Below, one piece after another: positions 56,438-64,000 of a DNA stretch of 64,000 nt; the stretch's first letter is position 1, and each line of letters opens with the position of its first letter. The notes beneath the pieces are model-generated. The model searched no databases. It was not told where the DNA came from and saw only the letters and a program-made list of their open reading frames with translations. The translations under genes were made by a program, and so were the position numbers. The stretch spans positions 36,086 through 100,085 of the forward strand of contig CAZBUJ010000009.1 in the NCBI GenBank assembly GCA_964495075.1, read 5' to 3'. Source of the DNA: an uncultured Phycisphaeraceae bacterium. GTDB taxonomy: Bacteria; Planctomycetota; Phycisphaerae; UBA1845.

Positions 56438-57171
56438 AGAACGGGGCCGAATACGCAAAACGAATCAAACGCCTGTTCAAGCAATTGCAGCGCGAGGACA
56501 AGGCGGATTCCGATGCGCCGGCCGAACCCACCAGCGTGACGGAACAGTTGATCATCGCGGTCCTGAGTGTCAACACGACCGCGGAGCAGGGACGCCGCGC
56601 CTACCGGCGCCTGCGCGACCGCATGGTGGACCTGAACGAAATCCGGGTCTCGTCACCGGCGGAGATCACGCAATCGGTCCGCGACCTGATCCCGACGAGC
56701 ACCGAACGATCCAAGGCCCTCGTCACCACGCTCAACTCGGTGTTTCAGCATGAGCATTGCGTGGACCTGGAGCGCCTGCACGCCATGGGCGTCCGGGACG
56801 CGCGGCGCTACCTCGAGAGCTTGCACGGCATCGATCCCTACACCGTGGCGTTCGTGCTGCTCTGGAGCCTCGGGGGGCATGCGATCCCCGTGAGCAACCG
56901 CCTGCTGGAGGCCCTGCGAGCCGACGACCTCATCGCGCCCGACTGCCAGGTGGCCGCGGTCCAGTCGTTCCTCGAACGACACGTGAGCGCCGCCGACGCC
57001 AAGCAGTTCTGCCGATTGATGGAACGGTTCGCCGCCTCCCGGATCAAGTCGGGGTCGGGCAAGCGAAGCAGTGCGTCCAAGCGTGGTACCAGGAAGACGG
57101 CGAAGAAGCACGTCAAGAAGGGATCCCCATCGGGCGCCGCCAATCGCAAGAAATCAAAACCGCGAAGCTAG
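56434..57171 (+). CDS. HhH-GPD (endonuclease III-like) protein lacking catalytic residues, with basic tail
   Basis: DLNEIRVS, LESLHGIDPYT, HAIPVS; no Fe-S Cys cluster. Confidence 0.75.
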   Translation: MKNGAEYAKRIKRLFKQLQREDKADSDAPAEPTSVTEQLIIAVLSVNTTAEQGRRAYRRLRDRMVDLNEIRVSSPAEITQSVRDLIPTSTERSKALVTTLNSVFQHEHCVDLERLHAMGVRDARRYLESLHGIDPYTVAFVLLWSLGGHAIPVSNRLLEALRADDLIAPDCQVAAVQSFLERHVSAADAKQFCRLMERFAASRIKSGSGKRSSASKRGTRKTAKKHVKKGSPSGAANRKKSKPRS

Positions 57172-57172
57172 G

Positions 57173-60100
57173 ATGATGATGATGCGCATACCGCATCCGC
57201 CCTGCGATGTCCGTGCGTTTCGGGGCCTCGTAGCGGTCGCCATGATCGCCGCCGTGGGGGCGACCGCCGCCTGCCAGGTACCGCGGCCCGCGCCGGTCGA
57301 ACCGCCGGCACAAGCCGCGGAAGAACCGTCGGGCCTGGACGCCCGCGCCACCCTCACCCTCGACGAAATCCAGCCGCCCCCCCCGATGCCGTGGGGCGGC
57401 ACCACTACCCAGCCCGCCGTCCCGCGGGCAACCGACGACCTGCTGGACCGCGCGCGCGAACTCGAGTACGAGAGCCGGTACACGGAAGCGGCCATCGAAC
57501 TGGAGAAAGGACTCGCCGACGCCCCGTCGTCCATCCTGATTCGAAGCACCCTCGCCCGCTTGTACGCCCTCTCCGGCACGGAGGATCGGGCCCGGGCCTA
57601 CGCCCGCCTCGCCGTCGAAGCGCGCCCCGACGACGGCATCGCCCACTACGTGCTGGCCATGCTGGCCGTCGCCGGCGGAAAACCGGAGGAGGCGATCCGG
57701 GAATTCCGCATCGCCCTGCTGTGCCCCGACGTCGCCGGTCAACCCGCACGGGCCGCCCTGGCACACTACCGATTGGCCTTACTGCTGGAAGGGGAAGGCT
57801 ACTTCGCCGCCGCCCTGGCCGAACAACGGGCCTATGAATCGCGCCTGGCGGACGTGACGGAAGACCCGCCCGGCGATCCGGAACTGGCCAAGATCGTCCA
57901 GGTCAACGGGCGGACGGCGGCCGAGCCGATCGCCCGCTTGTGCGAACGGCTGGGACGCGATGACGAAGCGGCCGATGCTCTCGCCCGCATGCTCGACCGC
58001 GAACGGCCCGATGAGCCCGCCGTCCGCGCGCGGTACGCGCGGATACTGGCCCGGTCGGGACGATTCGACGCCGCCCTGGCGCAGGCGCGGGCCATCCAAG
58101 GCGACACTCGCCTTCGCGTCGCCCTGCTCAGCGAAATCCATGCCGGGGCCGGACAACCCCGCCAGGCCATTCAGGACTTCGAGCAACTCCGCCGCGACGA
58201 CCCGGATGACCCGGTGCTCGCCGACGCCCTTGCCGACGCGTATGCCGAGGCCGGACGGTGGACCGAAGCCGTACTCGTGCTCCGCACCTTTGCCGAGACA
58301 CACCCTGATTCGCCGGATGCCGCCTGGCTGCTTTACGAGTTCCTCGTGCGGCAGGCCAAGTGGTGTGCGGCGGTCGACGCGGCGGCCGAACAACTCGCAC
58401 GACGACTGGACTCGTTCCCATCGGCCCGCGCACGGATGACCGAACTCGCTTCGCACCCCGGTGCGGTCGCCGCGGTACTCGAAGCGGACCGGGTCCCGGG
58501 GAGCGAAGTCTCCGCGGCCCGCGAGTACCTGGTCGGCTGCATCGCGGCCGACGCCAGCGACAGGGACACGGCCTGGAGCCGACTGGAACGAAGCCTCAAG
58601 CATGCGCCGGGCTTCGCAGGGCCGCGAATCGAGCTCGGTCGCATCCTGCTGAAGGAGTACCGGTGGGACGATGCCATCCAGTTTGCCCAGACTTCGGGCG
58701 AGCCGCATCCCCAACTCGAACGGATCCTCGGCGACGCCTGCGCCGGGCTCGACGACTTCGAGCAGGCGGTCGAACACTACACCCGCGCCATCCGGGAGAA
58801 CCGATCGGACGTCGCCACGATGCGCACGCTGGCCGCCCTCTTCGAGCGAAACGACGAGCCGCTCCAGGCCCGGCGGGAATACGAGCTGTTGCTCCGCGAG
58901 AACCCGTGGGACGCGGAGGCCCGGGCCGCGCTGGCCACGCTCTACCTGCAAGCCGGGGAACGGGCGGCGGCCGTGGAGCAGGCGAACACGCTCCGTCGCA
59001 TGGCGGCTCCCGCTCAGACACTCGCCCGCGTCGAAGCCCGTCTCGCCTTCCAACCGCAGCAACCGGACCACGAGCGGTTCCGCCAGATGCTGCTCGACGC
59101 CGTCGGAGACGACCCGATGGAGCCCGAAACGGCGTACCTGCTGGCGTCGAGCTTCATCGCTGAACGCGACTTCGACGCCGCCGAGCCCTACGTGCAACGC
59201 GGACTGGCCGGCGACCCCGATCACCAGGACCTGCTCGAACTCGATACCTGGATCCTTCGCCACCGCCTGGAATTCGCCGAGGCCGAAAGGCGACTGCGCC
59301 GGCTCGTGGAACGCTGGCCCAACCGCACGCTCTGGCTCAACCACCTGCTGCACACGCTTCTCGTGCAGCAGAAACACGAGGACGTCATCACGCTGGCCCA
59401 GTCCATGCTGACCCACAACTCGCTGGACCGGGAGGACCGCCAACGGTGCCGCGTGGAACTGGTCGACGCGCTGCGGGCGATGGGTCGGGCGGACGAGGCC
59501 GTCGAACTTGCCTTGCGCTGGTGCGTCGACGAGCCCGACAACAGCGCTCTCCGCGCACTGCTGATCACGACCATGCTGCGCGAGGGTCGGCGTGACGCCG
59601 CCCTGACCACGGCGCGTCGGTGGTACGACGAATCCGACGGGCAGACGGAGCGCGAGGTGCTCCTCGAAGTGCTCACCGAGAGCAAGCAGTACGACCGGGC
59701 CGCCCAGTACCTGCTCGGCTGGCTGCAGAAAGACCCGTTGAACGACGATCTTCTCGCCGACCTGATCTTCACCCTGATCGCCGCCGAGCGCTTCGACGAC
59801 GCGCTCGAGCTGGCGGAGGCCAACTACGATCGCCCGGGCAGCCGCATCACGTACGAGCTCGCGGCCCTCCAGGCCTACAACGCGGCCGGCCGCCACGACG
59901 ATGCGATCCGTCTGCTCCGGCAGTGGATCTACCGGAGCGAGCGCGGCCTGAGCACCGAGTTCCCCCTGGATCTGCCGCAAGCGCGGCGGTTCCTGGTGGT
60001 CGCCCTGATGGCTCAGGACCGCATCAACGACGCCCGCAAGAACCTGAACCGGTGGCTCGACCAGGAACGCAACCCGCTCAACAAGGTGTCGTACCTCACC

Positions 60101-60631
60101 CTGCTGTCGGAGTGCGATCGCCGGGCCGGACGCCTCGAACAGTCCTTCGAGTCGCTGGAACTGGCCCACAGCCTCAATCCGCTTGACGTGAACACCTGCA
60201 ACGGCCTCGGCTACACGTGGGCGGATGCGGGACGGCGATTGGAGGAGGCGGAGGCGATGATCCGGTACGCGGTGGCGAACGAGCCGCGCAACGCCGCCTT
60301 TCTCGACAGCCTCGGCTGGGTTCTGTACAAAAAAGGGGATCACACGGGGGCCGTGTACTGGCTGGAACTGGCCCGCGGCGCCGACGCGACCGGTGATGCG
60401 GTGATTCTCGATCACCTGGGCGACGCGTACTGGCGATCCGGAAACTCGAAGGCGGCCATGGTGGAGTGGCGAGCCGCGGCGGATGCGGCTCGCCGGATGG
60501 TCGGCGCGGGAAAAAGCGACGACCCGAGCCATCTCGAGGTCCTGGAGCGAACGCCGACGAAGATCGAGGCCGCCTCGAAGGGCGAACAACCCCCGGTCGC
60601 GCCGATCGGGTCGGCTGGCGAACAAGAATAA
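57173..60631 (+). CDS. Large TPR lipoprotein
   Basis: Lipobox-like TAAC, many TPRs, C-terminal NGLGYTWAD..FLDSLGWV..DHLGD. Confidence 0.88.
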   Translation: MMMMRIPHPPCDVRAFRGLVAVAMIAAVGATAACQVPRPAPVEPPAQAAEEPSGLDARATLTLDEIQPPPPMPWGGTTTQPAVPRATDDLLDRARELEYESRYTEAAIELEKGLADAPSSILIRSTLARLYALSGTEDRARAYARLAVEARPDDGIAHYVLAMLAVAGGKPEEAIREFRIALLCPDVAGQPARAALAHYRLALLLEGEGYFAAALAEQRAYESRLADVTEDPPGDPELAKIVQVNGRTAAEPIARLCERLGRDDEAADALARMLDRERPDEPAVRARYARILARSGRFDAALAQARAIQGDTRLRVALLSEIHAGAGQPRQAIQDFEQLRRDDPDDPVLADALADAYAEAGRWTEAVLVLRTFAETHPDSPDAAWLLYEFLVRQAKWCAAVDAAAEQLARRLDSFPSARARMTELASHPGAVAAVLEADRVPGSEVSAAREYLVGCIAADASDRDTAWSRLERSLKHAPGFAGPRIELGRILLKEYRWDDAIQFAQTSGEPHPQLERILGDACAGLDDFEQAVEHYTRAIRENRSDVATMRTLAALFERNDEPLQARREYELLLRENPWDAEARAALATLYLQAGERAAAVEQANTLRRMAAPAQTLARVEARLAFQPQQPDHERFRQMLLDAVGDDPMEPETAYLLASSFIAERDFDAAEPYVQRGLAGDPDHQDLLELDTWILRHRLEFAEAERRLRRLVERWPNRTLWLNHLLHTLLVQQKHEDVITLAQSMLTHNSLDREDRQRCRVELVDALRAMGRADEAVELALRWCVDEPDNSALRALLITTMLREGRRDAALTTARRWYDESDGQTEREVLLEVLTESKQYDRAAQYLLGWLQKDPLNDDLLADLIFTLIAAERFDDALELAEANYDRPGSRITYELAALQAYNAAGRHDDAIRLLRQWIYRSERGLSTEFPLDLPQARRFLVVALMAQDRINDARKNLNRWLDQERNPLNKVSYLTLLSECDRRAGRLEQSFESLELAHSLNPLDVNTCNGLGYTWADAGRRLEEAEAMIRYAVANEPRNAAFLDSLGWVLYKKGDHTGAVYWLELARGADATGDAVILDHLGDAYWRSGNSKAAMVEWRAAADAARRMVGAGKSDDPSHLEVLERTPTKIEAASKGEQPPVAPIGSAGEQE

Positions 60632-60643
60632 GGAGGCACGGAT

Positions 60644-61396
60644 ATGTCCGGGCATTCCAAGTGGTCGACTATCAAGCATAAAAAGGCCGCCCTGGACGCC
60701 AAGCGCGGCAAGGCCTGGGGCAAAATAGCCCGCAACATCACGCTGGCGGCCCGCCAGCACGGCGGAGACATGTCGGCCAACCCGTCCCTCCGCCTCGCGG
60801 TGGAAAAGGCCAAGGGCGCCAACATGCCCAAGGACACCATCGAGAAAGCGATCAAGAAGGGGACGGGCGAGCTGGAAGGGGAATCGTACGAGGAGGTCGT
60901 CTACGAAGGGTACGGACCCGGCGGTGTGGCCGTCCTGTGCCAGGTCGTGACCGACAACCGCCATCGGACGGCACCGGAGATCAAGAAGATCCTCGAACGA
61001 GGCGGCGGCAACCTGGGTGCCCCCAACTGCGTGGCCTGGATGTTCCAGAAGAAGGGCGTGTTCGCCGTCAGTACGGAAGTCGCCGACGAGGAAAAGGTCA
61101 TGGAGGTGGCGTTGGAGAACGGCGCCGAGGACGTAACCTCCTCCGACATGGTGCACGAGATCACATGTGACCCCGAGGCGTACCACGATCTGGCGGCCGC
61201 ATTCGAGAGGGCCGGGATCGCCGTGCAGAGTTCGGATGTCACCATGGTGGCCTCCAGCCAGGTGACGCTCGATCTGGACAAGGCACGCAAGGTGCTCAAG
61301 CTCATGGAGGCGCTGGAGGACCACGACGACGTCGACAGCGTCTCCTCCAACTTCGATATCCCGGATGACGTGATGGCCCGACTGGCCGGCGGGTGA
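60644..61396 (+). CDS. yebC: YebC/PmpR-family protein
   Basis: MSGHSKW, YEGYGPGG, TDNRHRT, LEDHDDV. Confidence 0.97.
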   Translation: MSGHSKWSTIKHKKAALDAKRGKAWGKIARNITLAARQHGGDMSANPSLRLAVEKAKGANMPKDTIEKAIKKGTGELEGESYEEVVYEGYGPGGVAVLCQVVTDNRHRTAPEIKKILERGGGNLGAPNCVAWMFQKKGVFAVSTEVADEEKVMEVALENGAEDVTSSDMVHEITCDPEAYHDLAAAFERAGIAVQSSDVTMVASSQVTLDLDKARKVLKLMEALEDHDDVDSVSSNFDIPDDVMARLAGG

Positions 61397-61408
61397 CGCG
61401 GCGACCGA

Positions 61409-61870
61409 TCAGGCGTCGCCGTCCGTCTCCGGATCCAACCCGTACAGATGCGCCACCACGCGGCGCAATTCGTCCGGCAACGCGGCCGGCGATGCGCCGC
61501 GGCTGTCCGCGTGCCCGGGCGATCCCGGCAGGCCGCTCGTCTTCCGCGCCGCCAGCGCCGCCTGCGTCTCCGCCCGCCGTTGCTCTGCGATGATCTTCGA
61601 CAGCGCGGTCAGATCCTTCAACGGCAACTCCTCACCGCCGTCCATTAACAGCGTGAACACACGTCCCAGCAGCGCGAGATAAGCGCCGCGCCCCCACGCG
61701 TCGGGGTCGCGGAAGGCCAGGTCGCTGGCCAGGCTCGACACGGATCGACCGGCCCGGGCAAGACGTTCCCGGAACGCGGTGGTCTCCGGCCCGTCGGGCG
61801 GTGGACAGTCGGCCGGTGCGGGCCCGGTCGGCGCCGGGGATTCGGGGTGCGACGCGGGTCGAGCGTTCAT
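61409..61870 (-). CDS. Hypothetical protein, weakly like the C-terminal half of Mu gp27/DUF3486
   Basis: ATGA-coupled; helical; ends LPDELRRVVAHLYGL. Confidence 0.5.
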   Translation of the reverse strand: MNARPASHPESPAPTGPAPADCPPPDGPETTAFRERLARAGRSVSSLASDLAFRDPDAWGRGAYLALLGRVFTLLMDGGEELPLKDLTALSKIIAEQRRAETQAALAARKTSGLPGSPGHADSRGASPAALPDELRRVVAHLYGLDPETDGDA

Positions 61871-62184
61871 TGCTCGAGAGCCGGATCCCGGATGCAGCGA
61901 TCCGCTAGCTCCACACCGCTCGGTGTCAGGCGGAACCAGCGGTGCTTCCACGGAGTCAGGCGTTCGTCGGCCTCCGTGTCGCTCACGGCTCGCCGGATGT
62001 ATTCCTTCTCTGTCAGGTACGCCAGGTCGCGTTTGAGATCCTCCCACTCGAGGGTGGGGAACAGGCACATCAGCGTGCGCAGCAACGACTCCGCCTGAAA
62101 CGCGGCCGGATAGATCATCTTCAATGCCACCAGGATCTCGTTTCGTACCCGTTTGATCTGCCACGTGCCACGACCGTTCGCCAT
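61867..62184 (-). CDS. Mu gp26-like winged-helix protein
   Basis: R..IL..L, DLAYL.EK.YI, RLT.SG.ELA..DP pattern. Confidence 0.6.
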   Translation of the reverse strand: MANGRGTWQIKRVRNEILVALKMIYPAAFQAESLLRTLMCLFPTLEWEDLKRDLAYLTEKEYIRRAVSDTEADERLTPWKHRWFRLTPSGVELADRCIRDPALEQ

Positions 62185-62274
62185 ACCAAACCCCTTCCGG
62201 CAAACCCGCTCGTCGCTTTCCGTCATTCGCCACCCGCCATTCGTACATCGCCCTCCGCCCCAATTCGCGCTTCG

Positions 62275-62598
62275 CTATTCGCTGGTCCGCCCCCGGCTCT
62301 CCAGGCGGGCGAGGGTCTGCGACATGCGATCGATGTGCTGACGGGCGACCATCGATTCCCGCAGCCATTCCTCTTTCGTCGCGTAATCCCGTTCGAACTG
62401 TCGCACCGCGGAACGGAGGGACTCCAGGCTCGATGCCAGCGTGTCGAACCGCCGCGTGGTCTCGAGGCGGCTGGCCTGCTGCGCGTCGCGGATGGTTCGC
62501 AAGTGGATGGCCACGATGGTGACGTGGACCGCCACCAACGGAGCCAGCACGGCCAGCACCGGGGCCACGTCGTTCCACCAGTTCGAGATTCCGAGCAC
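62275..62598 (-). CDS. TM plus coiled-coil protein (Mu gp25/DUF2730-like)
   Basis: N-terminal TM helix, coiled coil, DYATKEEW; GTG start behind AGGAG. Confidence 0.55.
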   Translation of the reverse strand: MLGISNWWNDVAPVLAVLAPLVAVHVTIVAIHLRTIRDAQQASRLETTRRFDTLASSLESLRSAVRQFERDYATKEEWLRESMVARQHIDRMSQTLARLESRGRTSE

Positions 62599-62623
62599 CA
62601 CTTGGCTCCTGTTCCCGCCCGAT

Positions 62624-62881
62624 TCACCGCGTGGAGAGACAATCGACGGCCACCGTGAGCAAGCAGAGCAACCGATGGGCCGTGTCCGCACGGACGATGC
62701 CGTCCGCCAGGTCGCGGCGAAACCGCACGACGTCGGGGTGAAATCGCAGGGATCGGGCATTCGTCGCGCGGGGCGGCGCGCCGAGAACGGCGTCGATGGC
62801 GTCTCGGGCCCCGACATCGTCCGCCAGCAGGACGGACAGCCGCTCAATCAACTCGTCCAGGCTCTGCGTGGGTTGAGGCAT
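62624..62881 (-). CDS. Hypothetical protein (85 aa)
   Basis: ATG behind AGGAG; in the same operon. Confidence 0.6.
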   Translation of the reverse strand: MPQPTQSLDELIERLSVLLADDVGARDAIDAVLGAPPRATNARSLRFHPDVVRFRRDLADGIVRADTAHRLLCLLTVAVDCLSTR

Positions 62882-63410
62882 CACGGTCTCCTGTGGTCGG
62901 GCCTTGCGCGGATTGTTGCCGGGCGACAAGGTCACCGAGGTAGCGTCGCGCCTCGTCGGACAGCGTCGTGCTCTCGACGGCCAGGCGGCGCAGACCGTCG
63001 GCGATCTCCCGGAGTACCACGACGTCATCGCTCATCGCGGTGTAGCGAGTCCATTCGACGTCCCGGTCGTGGCGCAGGCGGCGGACGGCCTCGCGGAACG
63101 CATCCGCGTGCCGGGCCGCCAACCGCGCGTCCTCGTGGTCGCGACGCACGCGTTCGATGAACGCGTCGACCACGGCGTCTTCCCGCCGTGCGTCTGCGTC
63201 GGACACGTCCCGGTGGTACTCGTCCAGTGCAACCGTCATGCCGGCCGCGATCCGATCGATCGCCGTCGCCGCCGACATCTCGACCCGCGCGTCGCCGCCA
63301 CAGCCGGACACCACCAACGCGATCGAAACGATCAACCGCGTCGCCGTGTCACCCGGTCCGGGCCGGCGATACTGATGCGACAAGCTCTGCACGGCTTCAT
63401 CCTCGACCAA
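62844..63410 (-). CDS. Putative coiled-coil lipoprotein
   Basis: LIVSIALVVSGC lipobox followed by long helices; start uncertain. Confidence 0.6.
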   Translation of the reverse strand: MVEDEAVQSLSHQYRRPGPGDTATRLIVSIALVVSGCGGDARVEMSAATAIDRIAAGMTVALDEYHRDVSDADARREDAVVDAFIERVRRDHEDARLAARHADAFREAVRRLRHDRDVEWTRYTAMSDDVVVLREIADGLRRLAVESTTLSDEARRYLGDLVARQQSAQGPTTGDRDASTHAEPGRVD

Positions 63411-63777
63411 GAGCGACCGGAGTCCGGCCTCGCGCGTTGGGCAACCGTCACCTGCATAACCGGAGGCGTGATCAAACGCGTCGGGCGGTCAGATGAACCG
63501 GGGAGGAGGAATGGCGAGTGGCAAACAGTGAAAAAGGGCCGCCGAGTCCCCGCGTGGCGCCACGATCCCGCATCTCAGACATTGGTACCGACGCGGGAGT
63601 CCGTCGGGTTACGTGTGGCTTTGGTGGTCGTTGAGGGGCGTCGAACCGGCACAATTTATGCACGTCCCGCGTTACCGAGCCGGTCGGTTACGTTATAATG
63701 CGGAGTGTGCCTTATCGGCCCGGCGTGCGGGGGAGACCGCTGGCCCGAAATCGAGGCGACAGGACGCACATGTAGTG

Positions 63778-64000
63778 GTGAGCGAGACGGGAACACACTT
63801 CGTGCGGGTGTTGTGTGTAGTGCCAACGCCCGATAACTCGACGCACCCGCTCCTGCTGGCGGCCAACGATCTCGATGCGCGCGTTGAGACGGCGGGCGAC
63901 GTGTATGTCGCGCTGGCCCGGCTGGGCAGTCCCGGGGCCCCGTGTTTCGACGCCGTGCTGGTCGACGTGACCGGTGTCGACGCGGCGGAGATGGAGTTTT
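63778..64000 (+). CDS. 5' part of a protein with an atypical receiver-like domain (runs off the window)
   Basis: Manual translation ..VETAGDVYVALARLG..FDAVLVDV..; TATAAT at 63694-63699. Confidence 0.5.
   Translation, partial: MSETGTHFVRVLCVVPTPDNSTHPLLLAANDLDARVETAGDVYVALARLGSPGAPCFDAVLVDVTGVDAAEMEF

Noticed and set aside
57779-61324. Very long antisense or alternative-frame ORFs (also 30724..33243, 37854..39806, 498..2270, 10087..11958)
   Set aside because: Shadow frames of real high-GC genes, with no recognisable motifs.
62200-62285. Short degenerate ATTCG-type tandem repeats (similar tracts near 14575 and 63508) as a CRISPR or iteron array
   Set aside because: Units of about 7 nt, irregular and without unique spacers; low-complexity intergenic sequence.

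Overview
High-GC bacterial DNA, most likely Planctomycetota and probably Phycisphaerae (inferred from a prepilin/DUF1559-type gene, a Bd0055-type histone and a nusA-infB block without rimP). Layout: (i) 0.3-34.8 kb is a large surface or flagellar glycosylation island with two apparently separate ulosonic-acid pathways. One is a minus-strand operon (aldolase fused to a sialyltransferase-like domain, LdpA-like Fe-S protein, HAD, B12-radical SAM, HpcH aldolase, KdsB, GT-B-like protein). The other is a plus-strand NeuB/SpsF operon with many tailoring enzymes. Nearly every transcription unit of the island has a sigma-28-type GCCGATAA -10 box upstream. (ii) 35-40.6 kb holds a FixL/FixJ-like pair and cheX-cheY-fapA. 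(iii) 41.1-42.3 kb holds a bacterial histone gene with a Lys-rich N-terminal tail, followed by an internally deleted group IIC intron inserted behind its terminator; a second decayed RT fragment lies at 45.9-46.2 kb. (iv) Housekeeping block: nusA, infB, DUF503, rbfA, a degenerate HhH-GPD protein, a TPR lipoprotein and yebC. (v) 61.4-63.4 kb is a compact five-gene module resembling Mu gp25-gp26-gp27 without the rest of a phage. No tRNA, rRNA or CRISPR array was seen. All family calls come from motif recognition by eye, not database searches, and several start codons are my re-assignments.
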